A stretch of 61,702 nt of DNA, filler included, from Chthonomonadaceae bacterium (GTDB lineage Bacteria > Armatimonadota > Chthonomonadetes > Chthonomonadales > Chthonomonadaceae), in assembly GCA_035650735.1 (NCBI GenBank). It is 4 parts of 4 records of this genome, joined end to end, with 100 filler letters (N's around TTAATTAATTAA, not from the genome) between each part and the next. Parts side by side here need not be neighbours in the genome. Positions count along the whole stretch, not along the records: positions 14,204 to 29,285 come from DASRGZ010000091.1; 3 more parts are not named here. One strand, given 5' to 3'. The translations under genes and the position numbers were made by a program. A model generated the notes under the pieces. It made no database searches, had not been told where the DNA came from, and was given only the letters and a program-made list of their open reading frames with translations. Positions 19,244 through 29,032 of this stretch are shown here, in pieces (positions within the stretch are counted from its first letter, which is position 1; every line of letters starts with the position of its first letter).

Positions 19244-19286
19244 AACCCGGCAGAATGCACAAAGCACTCTGCCGGGTTTCGTTTTC
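19244..19286 (+). terminator. Intrinsic terminator
   Basis: AACCCGGCAGAATGC-ACAAA-GCACTCTGCCGGGTT followed by TCGTTTT. Confidence 0.75.
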
Positions 19287-19621
19287 AAACCTGACCCTCT
19301 GTTGAGAGGCCCTCACTCCTTTCCCTCTCTTACAATTCTTAGGAGAGGGAAAAAGAATGGGGGCAGCGGAAACGCGCGAGACAGCGCGCTCGATGGGCGC
19401 CAGAGATGGCGGCGCAATCGGCGTTCCGACTGTCGCCACCGTGTCGCAATGAATCTTACAAACTCTCTCGAAACGGCGCAGAATGCCCGTCACCGCTGCT
19501 AAAAGGGACCGAGAAGCGTTTCGGGATAGCTTGTGTTAGCCGCGAATGCCGTCACAAGGGGCCGACGGCTATCATGCCCCTTCTAGCCGGCAGGACGGCA
19601 GGGGAACTCATGGGCGAGAAA

Positions 19622-19939
19622 CTACTTGTTCTCCGTACCTCCGGGAGCGGCGGGAAGGCCCGCGGGAGCCGGAAGGTCTTTCTGGGTGACCAGCGACAGG
19701 TCGTCCGCTTTCATCTTGTAGAGGGTATTCCCTCGGAGGACGTAGACAAAATCCCCGCTGGCGGCAAGCGTGGCGGGACCGCCGGGCATCATGCCGGGTG
19801 GCGGTGGTTGGCCGGGGGCCGCAGGCGGATTGGCATCGCCTTGTGCGGAGGCGGGGTTGGAATGAGTCCAGCCAGTGAAGGCCAGACCCAGCAGCGCGAT
19901 TAGGGTCAGCCCATAGGGCAGCCCGCGTTGAGTTCGCAT
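19622..19939 (-). CDS. Small secreted Pro-rich protein
   Basis: Signal peptide ending ASA-Q; short beta motif DFVYVLRGNTLYKM; AAGGAG RBS. Confidence 0.75.
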   Translation of the reverse strand: MRTQRGLPYGLTLIALLGLAFTGWTHSNPASAQGDANPPAAPGQPPPPGMMPGGPATLAASGDFVYVLRGNTLYKMKADDLSLVTQKDLPAPAGLPAAPGGTENK

Positions 19940-20179
19940 CGTTCTCTCTCCTTTGTTACGAATGGAGGCGCTGTCTCGTGTCGTTTCCTACGGGAGCAAA
20001 CGTTGCCTCGAGCAGCAAGGTGCGATGGATACATCAGCGCTCTAGACACAGATAACGACGTAATGAACGGCCCTTCTGTGACGGAGATCCGCAAAAGCTT
20101 GTCAGGAAAAAGCTAGAAATTTTCTTCCCGGAATCAGGGAGCGCCAGGTGGAGGGGCGAACTATTGAGCGGCGATCCCG

Positions 20180-20330
20180 GCGGTGGGATGGGGATGGGAG
20201 GTTGGGGGAGAGGGAAGAGAACCTCACCCCTTCCCCTCTCCTTGAGAAGGAGAGGGGAGAGGAGAAGCCGGGTTTCCCCCTTCCCTGCTTCGCCGCTAAC
20301 ACGGCAGGGAAGGGGGACGGAGAGTTAGGT
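20180..20330. repeat. Intergenic C/G-run palindromic repeat
   Basis: CCTCACCCCTTCCCCTCTCC...GGAGAGGGG; GGGAAGGGGGACGGAGAGTTAGG. Confidence 0.75.
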
Positions 20331-23300
20331 CACAGCCCGAACAGGCTGGTGGCGAGCTTAAAGATAATGGCTGAGCTCGTGACGGAGCGGAAGAAAGAAT
20401 CGAAGCCATTCTGATTGCTCGATATCTTCTCGGCCAGCACACGGTTGGGCACCATAATCACGTCGCCAGGGCGCAGCTCGCGCACGCGGTTGGCCGGGAT
20501 CAGGCCGCCGCCCGCATGAATGATGACGATCCGATCTTTGGCGGCATCCGGCGCAAAGCCGCCCGCCTGCTCCACATAGTACTCCAGGCGCGCGCCCGGC
20601 CTGAACAGCACGGCGCGTCCGTTGACGACCGCACCGACCACCTGCACCGTCGTCGGCTTTTCGGGCACGGTGATGGTATCGCCGTCCACGAGCAGGATGT
20701 CCTCACTGCCGCCCGGACGCCGCATCGCTTCCGGCAGATTGATGGCGATGTTGCCGTTAGGCTCCAGGTCCGTATTCTTCAGGGTACGCGGCTTGGAGAC
20801 CAGATCATCGTTGGCGATCTTAGTGGCCAGCGCTACGGAAGCCGGATTAGGCACGCTGGGATTCGAGCCGCCCAGGCCCGGGAAGCTAGAGGAGTTCTGA
20901 GCGGCGCCGGACGCGCGCATCAACTCTATGGTAGATTTGGCGCGCTCCCGCTGGTACTTGCTATCGTTGAGCAGGTTATTCAGATCCGCAATGATAGTGG
21001 CCAAGCTACGCTGCCCGGTGGAGGCGAGCATCTGCGGTGTTCGGAAGAACTCCGCGCCCTCCGGGAAGGCTTCGGGACGCAGCCCGCCGGCTTTGGCGAT
21101 CGCGTCGCTGAGGCGCATCTTCTTGCTGTCCAGGACAATCGGGCCGGGCTTATTGACCGCACCCTTGACCGTGATAATCTGGACGTGATCGAGGAAGCCG
21201 CCCGTGCCCTGGACGGTCACCACGTCACCGTCCTCCAACTGCAAATCCTCGTTGGGCGCGCAGCGTCCCTTCGAGTCAAAGGCGACGGAGACGGTCTTGA
21301 GGGTGGAGTTCTGCTCATCCACCGTTCGGCGCGCGTGGGCGACCACGACGGTCGAGCCGGCGCCGGGCTTGAAGCCGCCTGCCAGGCTCAGCAAGTCGCT
21401 GAGGCGCATCCCATCACCGCGCGGATAGGTGCCGGGCACGGTGACCTCGCCGCGTATGGAGACCACGCGCTCCGGCGTGAACTGCGCCTCGCCGACCTTA
21501 TACACGGCCAGGTAATCGTTGTCCTGGATCAGCTTATCCTGGTCTTTCTCGCCTTTGAGAACGGAGGCGATATTGACAAAATCGTAGCTGAACGAGCCAT
21601 CGCCATGCTGATGCAGCAGCACGGCCCGATCCAGGTAGGCATCCGGCAGGGGCGGGCCGGCTTTCATCAGCAGGTCGCTGATGTGCATATTCTCGCTGCG
21701 CAGATAGGTGCCGGGCTTCTGGACCGCGCCTTGTACCGTCACCTTGCGGTAGCCCGTCCAGGCTACTTCCTGGCGCGTGTAGACCTTCAGGCGATCCCAG
21801 CGCTTCAGGGCGATATTCGCGCCTGGGTCACCGGCCAGCGCCTTTTCCGCATCCAGCGGGATCAGCGTCGTGGTGTTGTCGGGATTCCAACGGTAGAGCT
21901 CGACGCGGTTGAGATAGGCTTCGCTCAGGGTGCCGTGCGCCTGCCGGAGCAGGTCGGCCACGCGCATTCCCTCGGCCAGCTCGTAATCGCCGGGCTGATC
22001 TACAGCGCCCTCCACCGTGACCTTGTTGGCCACCAGCGGGCGGACGGAGAAGACATTGACGATATCGCCATCGTAGAGCGGGAACGTCTTGACTTCAGGG
22101 ACATTCTTGATGTCTACATTCCTCAGCACGCGATGGCTGCCGGGGTCCAGCGTGTTGATCTGGACGCTCTGGCTGCCGGAGGGCTTGACGCCGCCCGCAA
22201 AGTGGAGCGCGTCCTGAAGCGTCTCCCGGTCGTTAAGCTCATAGATGGCGGGCGTGCGCACCTCGCCCCGCACCGTCACGCGCGACTGGCTGGCAGGAAT
22301 GTAGATGAGGTCGCCGCTTTGCAAGCGCATATCGGTCGGCTCGCCGGTAATGAAGAACTTATAGACATCCAGCGTACCGACCAGCTTCCCCTGCCGCCGC
22401 ACTTCGATGCGCCGCAGAGAACCCTTTTCCGTGGGGCCGCCCGCCGCATTGAGCACGTTAAAGGCGCTGGCAACGGCGGGAACGGTGTAGCTGCCCGGAG
22501 CAAAGGCTTCTCCGCTGACAGTGACCGTGATGGTGCGCAGCTCTTTCAGGCTCAGCGTCACCTGCACGTTACGGTAGATGCGCCGGAGACGCTCCTGCAC
22601 ATCTGCCTGGGCATCCGCCAGCGTCTTGCCGCGCACGACGATGCGGCCCGCGCCTTCGACCAGGGAGAGATAGCCCTGCGGATCGACCGTGCGTGTGACT
22701 TCCTGCGGCTCCAGCGTGGGTGATGAGTAGCGAATGGTGAGCGTATCGCCGCCGGCAAGCTGATAGGTGGTCGGCACGGAGGCAAGCACATTGCGGGTCA
22801 ACTGGGTGATCGGGTCGGCGACGTCATAGAAGGCGTTCGCAGGAGAGCGATCCTCATCCCGATCCTCACGCGAAGAGAAGAAATCCGAGTCGTCCTGACG
22901 CCCGCCGTAGCGGCTGCTCCTCCGACCTGACAGCGCGCCCAGGCCGTTATCGTCTGCGAACCCATCACCGGCCTCATCGGCCTGCAATTGGCTATCCGAA
23001 GCCCCGTCCTCCTCCGAGTTGCGGGGAACGCGACGCCGTCGGGCGCGCGCGGCCTCCTCTTGCGTCGTGGCCTGGTCCGTATCCATTTCCATCCCCACGC
23101 CGGTATCCGTATTTTTCTTTTTGCGCGAGCGCGCAGGCGCGGTTTCGTCCGTCTGATCGGCCTCTTCTGAGTCAGGAGGATTTTGCTCGTCTATGGAGCC
23201 GACCGCGTCGTTGCCCTCGGCATCATTGCCGCCGGCCCTGAGCCGCGCCGACGGCACGCCTTGAGGCGCGGCTCCCAGGCCATCATCCTCTTCCGCCGGG

Positions 23301-23809
23301 TTCTCGTTCCCAGAGCCTTGAATGCGTCTGGGCGCTTTGACCATGCGATCCTGCCCCGGCTGGGAACCGGAACGTTGGCCGCGGCGAGTCGTGCGCGCGC
23401 GGCCCCGGCGTCGTGAGCCGTACCGGGAATTCGTACTGCCCTCTTCATAGATCCGGCGCAGCGCGGCCCGTCGTGCCTGGATAAGCTGACGCGCGGGCTC
23501 AAAGTAGTTGTAGCCGAAGAGAGGCAAGGGCTTCTCTTTTTGGGCGGTAGCCCGCGGATCCAGAGAGCGATCCTTGTAGTCCCCGTAGTCCTTGCGCGCT
23601 GGATCTTCAGGCTGGCCCTTCTCCGCCTTGGCAGGCTTCTCTTCCGGTTTGGGAGGGCGGCCTTCCAGCACCAGCGGGTTTGCCGGGAGCTGCGGCTGTG
23701 CCTGCTGTGCTGCGCCGCGAACGGGCAGGCCGCAGACGGCATAGGTCAGCAGGAGCAACGGCAGGGGACGGAGCCATCTCCGTAAGGAGGGTGTGATCAT
23801 TCCGGTCAT
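20330..23809 (-). CDS. Polysaccharide export protein with multiple SLBB domains (Wza/KpsD-like)
   Basis: Signal peptide, LFGYNYF, YQLAGGDTLTI, repeated V.GEV..PG.Y / L..AGG units, long disordered N-terminal insert. Confidence 0.92.
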   Translation of the reverse strand: MTGMITPSLRRWLRPLPLLLLTYAVCGLPVRGAAQQAQPQLPANPLVLEGRPPKPEEKPAKAEKGQPEDPARKDYGDYKDRSLDPRATAQKEKPLPLFGYNYFEPARQLIQARRAALRRIYEEGSTNSRYGSRRRGRARTTRRGQRSGSQPGQDRMVKAPRRIQGSGNENPAEEDDGLGAAPQGVPSARLRAGGNDAEGNDAVGSIDEQNPPDSEEADQTDETAPARSRKKKNTDTGVGMEMDTDQATTQEEAARARRRRVPRNSEEDGASDSQLQADEAGDGFADDNGLGALSGRRSSRYGGRQDDSDFFSSREDRDEDRSPANAFYDVADPITQLTRNVLASVPTTYQLAGGDTLTIRYSSPTLEPQEVTRTVDPQGYLSLVEGAGRIVVRGKTLADAQADVQERLRRIYRNVQVTLSLKELRTITVTVSGEAFAPGSYTVPAVASAFNVLNAAGGPTEKGSLRRIEVRRQGKLVGTLDVYKFFITGEPTDMRLQSGDLIYIPASQSRVTVRGEVRTPAIYELNDRETLQDALHFAGGVKPSGSQSVQINTLDPGSHRVLRNVDIKNVPEVKTFPLYDGDIVNVFSVRPLVANKVTVEGAVDQPGDYELAEGMRVADLLRQAHGTLSEAYLNRVELYRWNPDNTTTLIPLDAEKALAGDPGANIALKRWDRLKVYTRQEVAWTGYRKVTVQGAVQKPGTYLRSENMHISDLLMKAGPPLPDAYLDRAVLLHQHGDGSFSYDFVNIASVLKGEKDQDKLIQDNDYLAVYKVGEAQFTPERVVSIRGEVTVPGTYPRGDGMRLSDLLSLAGGFKPGAGSTVVVAHARRTVDEQNSTLKTVSVAFDSKGRCAPNEDLQLEDGDVVTVQGTGGFLDHVQIITVKGAVNKPGPIVLDSKKMRLSDAIAKAGGLRPEAFPEGAEFFRTPQMLASTGQRSLATIIADLNNLLNDSKYQRERAKSTIELMRASGAAQNSSSFPGLGGSNPSVPNPASVALATKIANDDLVSKPRTLKNTDLEPNGNIAINLPEAMRRPGGSEDILLVDGDTITVPEKPTTVQVVGAVVNGRAVLFRPGARLEYYVEQAGGFAPDAAKDRIVIIHAGGGLIPANRVRELRPGDVIMVPNRVLAEKISSNQNGFDSFFRSVTSSAIIFKLATSLFGL

Positions 23810-24225
23810 ACTTAGCGCGATCTCCTCATGTCCTTGATGTCAGGACGGATACAGCCGGGCGAATGTCGGCTGGAATCACCAAAAGCGGGGTGCAGAGGCG
23901 GGAAGCCACCGGCCCGCCCTTTCGGGCTGGGGCATCGGACATCGCTGGGATGCCTCAGAAGCGAGGCCGCAAGACAAATGCGGCCCGATGGGTAATGCCA
24001 GACGCCTGAGCCATGCCGGACCTCTTCCTTCCAGGGCGGGCAGCGCAGGGAGCGGGAGGACGGCGGCGGTACCGGGGACTTGCTCTGCGGGCGTGGGGTC
24101 GGCACTCATGCGGGGGAATACGACCCTCTGACATCACCGGCTGTTAATCGGATAGCCTAGTATACACCAACGGCAACGCTTTTTCCTCGTGAAATTGCCA
24201 GTCCAGCGCAAAAAAGTCGGCGGCG

Positions 24226-26124
24226 CTACGGGAACAGTGTCGGCGCAGCGCCCTCCAGCGCCTCCCGCACGAGCCAGACATAGGTGGCGGGCATCCAGGG
24301 ACTGAGCGACATGCCGGCGCTTTGGCCCGTATCGCCGTCGAACCACTCCGGGAACTGGCCGGGCACGCCAACGCCAGCCGGCGCGTTCCAGGTCTCCGGG
24401 AAGAGAGTGCGGGCCAACGCCTCCGCCAGCTCCCAGGCGCGCTGTGGGCGATAGGGAGCCAGGGCCGCAGCGCCCCAGGCCGTGGCGTTGGGCCAACTGC
24501 CGCCCATCAGGCCCCAGCCGAAGCGCGGATGATAGGCAGGATCGTTCTTGCTCAGCGTACACAGGCCGTGCGGGTGGGCGAAATCTGGCTCTGTCAGCCG
24601 CAGCAGCGTGCGAATGCGCGCCTCTTCCGGCCCGGCGGCAAACAGCGCCGGCAGGGCCAGGTCCAGGGCGAGCATCAGGTTCGGGCCGCGCTCGTCGCGG
24701 TTGAGCAGGAACAGGCCGGTCTGCGGGTCTATCAGCTGGGCCATCGCCGCGTCCAGTTGGGACGCCCCTTGCGCAAACAGCGGCCGATGGGCCGCGTCGC
24801 CTGCGGCCTCCGCCAGCCGCGCCGCCGCGCGTAGCGCCGCCACGCACTCGGCGTTCAGTTCCGTCAGCGCGCCCGCCAGGCGATAGCCGGGGAGGATGTT
24901 GCGCCAGCCGCCGATGCCAAACACGTTGGTGCCGCGCCCGTCGCACCAGACCAGGCCGTCGTCGCGCCGCTGCGCCAGTATCCACTGCGCCGCCCCGCGC
25001 GCCGCCGGATAGAGCGCCTCCAGCGCCGCCCGGTCGCCGGTCTGCCGCCAATGGTGATCGATTGCCAGCACAAACAGGGGCGTCGCGTCGTTGATATTCA
25101 GGCGGTAGTCGTCGCGCTCGCCGCCCGTCGGGGCCAGGCGCACGTATTCGGCGATTTTGCCGCTTGGATAAACGGCATGACGCGCCAGCGTCTCCAGCAG
25201 GGCGCGCGACCATTGCGGCGCAAAGTGGTCGGCCCCGAACACGAACCAGGCGGCGTCGCGGGTGACAATGGTGTTGCCGGGCGGGTCGTTGGTGAAACCT
25301 GCCTCGGCGGCGGCGTAGCAGTGCCACACCCGTCGGCTGCAGACCTTGCCCCAGCCCACCGCGCGCTCCACCAGGCGCCTGTTCGCGGGCGGTTCGGGCT
25401 CCGGCCCGACGACCTCCGCCAGCGCGCGCTGCATCCCGGCAAACGCGGCGGCGGCTGGCGGCGGCGTATCCTCCGCCTCCTGCGCCGGATCGGCCCAGGC
25501 GGTCAGGCAGAGCCAGAAATCCAGGCGACCCTCCGCGTCAACCGGCACGGCAAACCGCAGCCGCACGAACGCCGGCTCTGCCAGCGCGCGCTGTTGCGGC
25601 GTCTGACTCGCCCAGAGCATCAGGCCATCGGCCCCGTCATCCCGGGGAAGGAAGCGCAGGCCATCGGCAAACTCTGTGTCCAGCTTCCACTGCCGCTCGC
25701 AGTCCTGCCAGGCAGGCTGTGCGCGGTGCATCTCGCTGCGCGCTGCGCCCACGCGCCATTCACAGGCGATCTCTACCGTGCCGCTATTCTCCAGGCCCCG
25801 CCCGCGTATCCACAGGTAGGCGCGCGGGCCGGTCGCAGCGACAAAGAGGCGCTTCTCCCAGGATGCCCCCGCCGTGTGGCCGTAGATCGCCGCCTGATAG
25901 GCCGGCGCGTAGACGACGCGCCGCAGGGCAAGCCCGTTCGGCGCGATCACCCGCAGGGACAACTGGCCGGTATACCAGCGATTGTTGGCCGCAAGCCAGA
26001 AGCCATCCAGATTGGCCTCCGCGTCGGCGCGCAGAAAGCAGTCGGCATTGCCCAGGCTGCTTCCGCGCTGCGCCCGCTCCGGCGCTCCCTCCCAGGCCAA
26101 CCAGTCCTCTTCCTCCGTTGCCAT
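24226..26124 (-). CDS. Six-hairpin glycoside hydrolase-like protein (amylo-alpha-1,6-glucosidase/GDE-like)
   Basis: TRDAAW, NINDATPLF, GGSWP, GQFPEWFDG motifs. Confidence 0.72.
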   Translation of the reverse strand: MATEEEDWLAWEGAPERAQRGSSLGNADCFLRADAEANLDGFWLAANNRWYTGQLSLRVIAPNGLALRRVVYAPAYQAAIYGHTAGASWEKRLFVAATGPRAYLWIRGRGLENSGTVEIACEWRVGAARSEMHRAQPAWQDCERQWKLDTEFADGLRFLPRDDGADGLMLWASQTPQQRALAEPAFVRLRFAVPVDAEGRLDFWLCLTAWADPAQEAEDTPPPAAAAFAGMQRALAEVVGPEPEPPANRRLVERAVGWGKVCSRRVWHCYAAAEAGFTNDPPGNTIVTRDAAWFVFGADHFAPQWSRALLETLARHAVYPSGKIAEYVRLAPTGGERDDYRLNINDATPLFVLAIDHHWRQTGDRAALEALYPAARGAAQWILAQRRDDGLVWCDGRGTNVFGIGGWRNILPGYRLAGALTELNAECVAALRAAARLAEAAGDAAHRPLFAQGASQLDAAMAQLIDPQTGLFLLNRDERGPNLMLALDLALPALFAAGPEEARIRTLLRLTEPDFAHPHGLCTLSKNDPAYHPRFGWGLMGGSWPNATAWGAAALAPYRPQRAWELAEALARTLFPETWNAPAGVGVPGQFPEWFDGDTGQSAGMSLSPWMPATYVWLVREALEGAAPTLFP

Positions 26125-26141
26125 GGTCTTCCTCTTTCTTT

Positions 26142-26245
26142 GCGGGCGGCTAAAGCCGCAGCAACAAGGGCACTAAGTTGGCCTTCGCCGACTCTTTTCT
26201 CCCCTCTTCCGCAGCGCCGGGAGAGGGATTGGGGGTGAGGGCCCT
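26142..26245. repeat. REP-like hairpin unit plus C/G-run palindrome
   Basis: GCGGGCGGCTAAAGCCGCAGCAAC...AAGTTGGCCTTCGCCGACT followed by GGGAGAGGGATTGGGGGTGAGGG. Confidence 0.75.
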
Positions 26246-26405
26246 ATGGGGAGAACTGAATGACCCTGCGCTTCAACAAGGGGAAGGGCAGAATCACGCA
26301 GGAAATCGCGCGCCCGCGGCGAATTCTCCTAGTGCAGACCGGTATCCTTCCTGGTTATCGGTAGAGAGAACCGGCTCTCTGCAGATGTCTACGGGGAGTT
26401 GTGCC

Positions 26406-26636
26406 GTGCCGCGGACGCATTCGGTGACGATCAAACTGACTTCCGATGAATACGAATGGCTGCGCCGCAAGGCCCATTGGGAAGGAAAACCCATGGCTGG
26501 CTTGCTGCGCGAGTATATCCACTCTCTGATCGCGGAGGAAGGATATTTGCGCCCGCCCGACGACGAGCCGCAGGACTTTGGCTATGAAAAAGAGATGATG
26601 CAGTTCGTCCTCAGCGTTCAGAGCCAGAGGGAATAA
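26406..26636 (+). CDS. Small ribbon-helix-helix-like DNA-binding protein
   Basis: GGGGAG RBS + GTG; HSVTIKLTSDEYEWLRRKAHWEGKPMAGLLREYI fits the RHH pattern. Confidence 0.6.
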   Translation: MPRTHSVTIKLTSDEYEWLRRKAHWEGKPMAGLLREYIHSLIAEEGYLRPPDDEPQDFGYEKEMMQFVLSVQSQRE

Positions 26637-26868
26637 TCATCCTGCCTGTAGAGTCTACCCGCGCCCAGAAGAATCGTCACGAACGAGGCGAAAAATACAT
26701 CGGAGGGAGCGATCTTTCTGCCTGCAGGGCCAATCTGCAAAGGGCGCTGCCCGGAAGCGATAGGCCCGGCAGTGGACAGAAAAAGGCACAGGGGCCGGGC
26801 GTATCGCCCGGCCCCTAAGTCAATGGGATCTGATGGCTCAGTGTTTCCCATTCTCGCCGATAAAACGG

Positions 26869-26954
26869 TATTCAGTTTTTCGCTCTATGTAGTTGTCGTT
26901 ATTCAGTTGTCAGCGCTATTCAATTTTCGCTATTTAATTGTGACGGCTTATCTT
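26869..26954. repeat. AT-rich degenerate tandem repeats (TATTCARTTKTC)
   Basis: Units start at 26869, 26886, 26900, 26917, 26931 (spacing 17/14/17/14). Confidence 0.6.
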
Positions 26955-27053
26955 CGGTCAGGTAACGGCGCTTCCTTAGGAGGAAAATGGCCGTAACCTT
27001 ACTGGATTCTCCTGGCTAGATGGACAGGGCCGGGTGCGATGTGCCCCGCACAC

Positions 27054-27314
27054 CTAGACTACTGTGCGCCGTGTGGTGAAGGCGCGTATAATGAACAGCA
27101 GTATCACCGCACCGACGAAGGCGACCAGGATGCTCCAGAGCCAGCCACCGCCCGTGGCAACGCCGAAGGCGTTGAAGATAAAGCCGCCGATCAGCGCGCC
27201 GATAATCCCGATGATCAGATCACCGAGGATGCCTCCAGGGCCTTCGCCGGGAACCACCCACTTGGCAAGCGCGCCGGCAATAATGCCGACGATGATCCAG
27301 AATAGTATATACAT
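27054..27314 (-). CDS. GlsB/YeaQ/YmgE (transglycosylase-associated) membrane protein
   Basis: WIIVGIIAGALAK..PG...LIIGIIGALIGG...VAFVGAVILL; GAGGAGG RBS. Confidence 0.93.
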   Translation of the reverse strand: MYILFWIIVGIIAGALAKWVVPGEGPGGILGDLIIGIIGALIGGFIFNAFGVATGGGWLWSILVAFVGAVILLFIIRAFTTRRTVV

Positions 27315-27593
27315 TTTCCTTCCTCCTCTCGCGTACCATCCACACCATCGTGCAATAGGACAACCAAGAGACAGGCAGGGTTCCCAAACTTTTGATGGAG
27401 AAGAGCATCCGAATTCTGGGCAAGGTGCGGGCTTTTTGCCTGCGGCGTGTCGGTCAGGGGATTTGGGGACAAAGCGCTGCCGCCGGTTTCGGGTACAATA
27501 CTGGCCAAGGCCATTCGCCGGCCGCGGCGGTCCCGGGCCCCGGCGTCGCGCGATTTCCAGGACGTCCCTCGGTGAAAGGAAGGATGTTTCGCT

Positions 27594-28718
27594 TTGTCCA
27601 GACCCCTCTTTTTTTATTCCGACGCTATGCTGGCCTACGACATGGGGCCACAGCACCCGATGAAACCCATTCGCCTGCGCCGCACCTACGAGCTGCTGGC
27701 AAGCTACGGCGCGTTTGAGCGCGGCCTGGAGCGGATGGAACCCACCCTCGCCGACGAGCAGGAGGTGCTAACCACGCACAGCCCCAACTACCTGGAGGCC
27801 CTGAAGCGCCTGAGCAGCGGCGACTACTTTCCGGCTGCCTACCGATACGGCTTCGGCTCTGGCGATAACCCGATTTTTCCGGAGATGTACGAGGCATCCT
27901 TGCGCTATACGGGCGCCTCGGTGGATGCGGCGCAGGCCATTCTGGACGGTGCCGGTGGGGGCCAGGTCGCCTTCAATATCTCGGGTGGGCTGCACCACGC
28001 CCATTACGACCGCGCGGCAGGCTTCTGTATCCTCAACGATTGCGCCGTCGCCATCCGCCGCCTGCGCCGGAAGTTTGATCGGGTCGCCTACGTGGACATG
28101 GACGTGCATCACGGGGACGGCGTGCAGGAATCCTTTTATGACGACCCGACCGTGCTGACCGTCTCGCTGCATGAAAGTGGGCGCACGCTGTTTCCGGGCA
28201 CGGGCTTTACCGATGAGATCGGCGTGGGGCCGGGCGAGGGATACAGCCTCAATCTTCCGTTCGCGCCCTACACGACGGACGAAATCTGGCTGGAAGCCTG
28301 GCGCGAGGCGGCGCTGCCCATCCTGCGGGCCTTCGATCCAGGGGCGATTCTGCTCCAATTGGGAACCGACGCGCACTACCTGGACCCGCTGGCCCATTGC
28401 TGCCTGACGGCACAGGGCTGGCTGGAGGCAGTCAAGGACGTGCAGGCGCTGGGCAAGCCCATCGTGGCGGTGGGAGGCGGCGGCTACAACATGACGACCG
28501 TGCCGCGCATGTGGACGCTGGCCGTCTCGACGCTGGCGGGGCTGGACCTGCCGGATGAGGTTCCCGCTTCCTATCGGTACCGGGACGAAATTCCCGCCCT
28601 GACCGACCACGTTCTGCTCGACATTGAGCCGCGCGATCAGCAGCGCGCCCGCCACTTCGCCGCGCAGTCCGTGGCCGACATCAAACGCCTGCTGTTTTCC
28701 CAGTACGGCCTATCCTGA
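27594..28718 (+). CDS. acuC: Histone deacetylase family protein (AcuC-like)
   Basis: HPMKP.R, GGLHHA, GFCILND, DMDVHHGDGVQ, SLHE, GTDAH..DPL, GGGGY; TTG start. Confidence 0.92.
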   Translation: MSRPLFFYSDAMLAYDMGPQHPMKPIRLRRTYELLASYGAFERGLERMEPTLADEQEVLTTHSPNYLEALKRLSSGDYFPAAYRYGFGSGDNPIFPEMYEASLRYTGASVDAAQAILDGAGGGQVAFNISGGLHHAHYDRAAGFCILNDCAVAIRRLRRKFDRVAYVDMDVHHGDGVQESFYDDPTVLTVSLHESGRTLFPGTGFTDEIGVGPGEGYSLNLPFAPYTTDEIWLEAWREAALPILRAFDPGAILLQLGTDAHYLDPLAHCCLTAQGWLEAVKDVQALGKPIVAVGGGGYNMTTVPRMWTLAVSTLAGLDLPDEVPASYRYRDEIPALTDHVLLDIEPRDQQRARHFAAQSVADIKRLLFSQYGLS

Positions 28719-28825
28719 GGAAGAGGCCGGGAAAGTCCCGTAGGATTGCCTGTAAGTGGCCTGCACAGCTTCGCCGATAACCAGGGTGCGTGTCGGTACC
28801 TTTCGGCGGGAAAGGACCAACCACC

Positions 28826-29017
28826 ATGACTACTCAAAACATCGACACGCAATCGCGCATCACGTACGCTCCTGTTGCTAATCGTGTGACGGGCCGCCCG
28901 GCAGCAAATCGTGTTCAGGCCAACCACGCGGTGAGCAATCGCGTTCAGCAGCAGGCCATCGCCAATCGCGTCGCAGTGAACGATCCGGTGCCAAACCGGA
29001 TTGACTTTGCGGCGTAG
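28826..29017 (+). CDS. 63-aa peptide with five NR[V/I] repeats
   Basis: AAAGGA RBS, ATG 28826, repeats conserved in protein with synonymous variation, own terminator. Confidence 0.75.
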   Translation: MTTQNIDTQSRITYAPVANRVTGRPAANRVQANHAVSNRVQQQAIANRVAVNDPVPNRIDFAA

Positions 29018-29032
29018 TTTGGCCAACCCAAC

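Noticed and set aside
20516..22723. Long antisense ORFs (also 37765-40005, 56070-57485, 43645-44919, 618-1664)
   Set aside because: Shadows of well-supported genes on the opposite strand in GC-rich DNA; no motifs of their own.
23880..23960. c-di-GMP-I riboswitch in the SLBB leader
   Set aside because: A GAAA tetraloop is present but the GGCAAAC and GCAAAG consensus elements are not.
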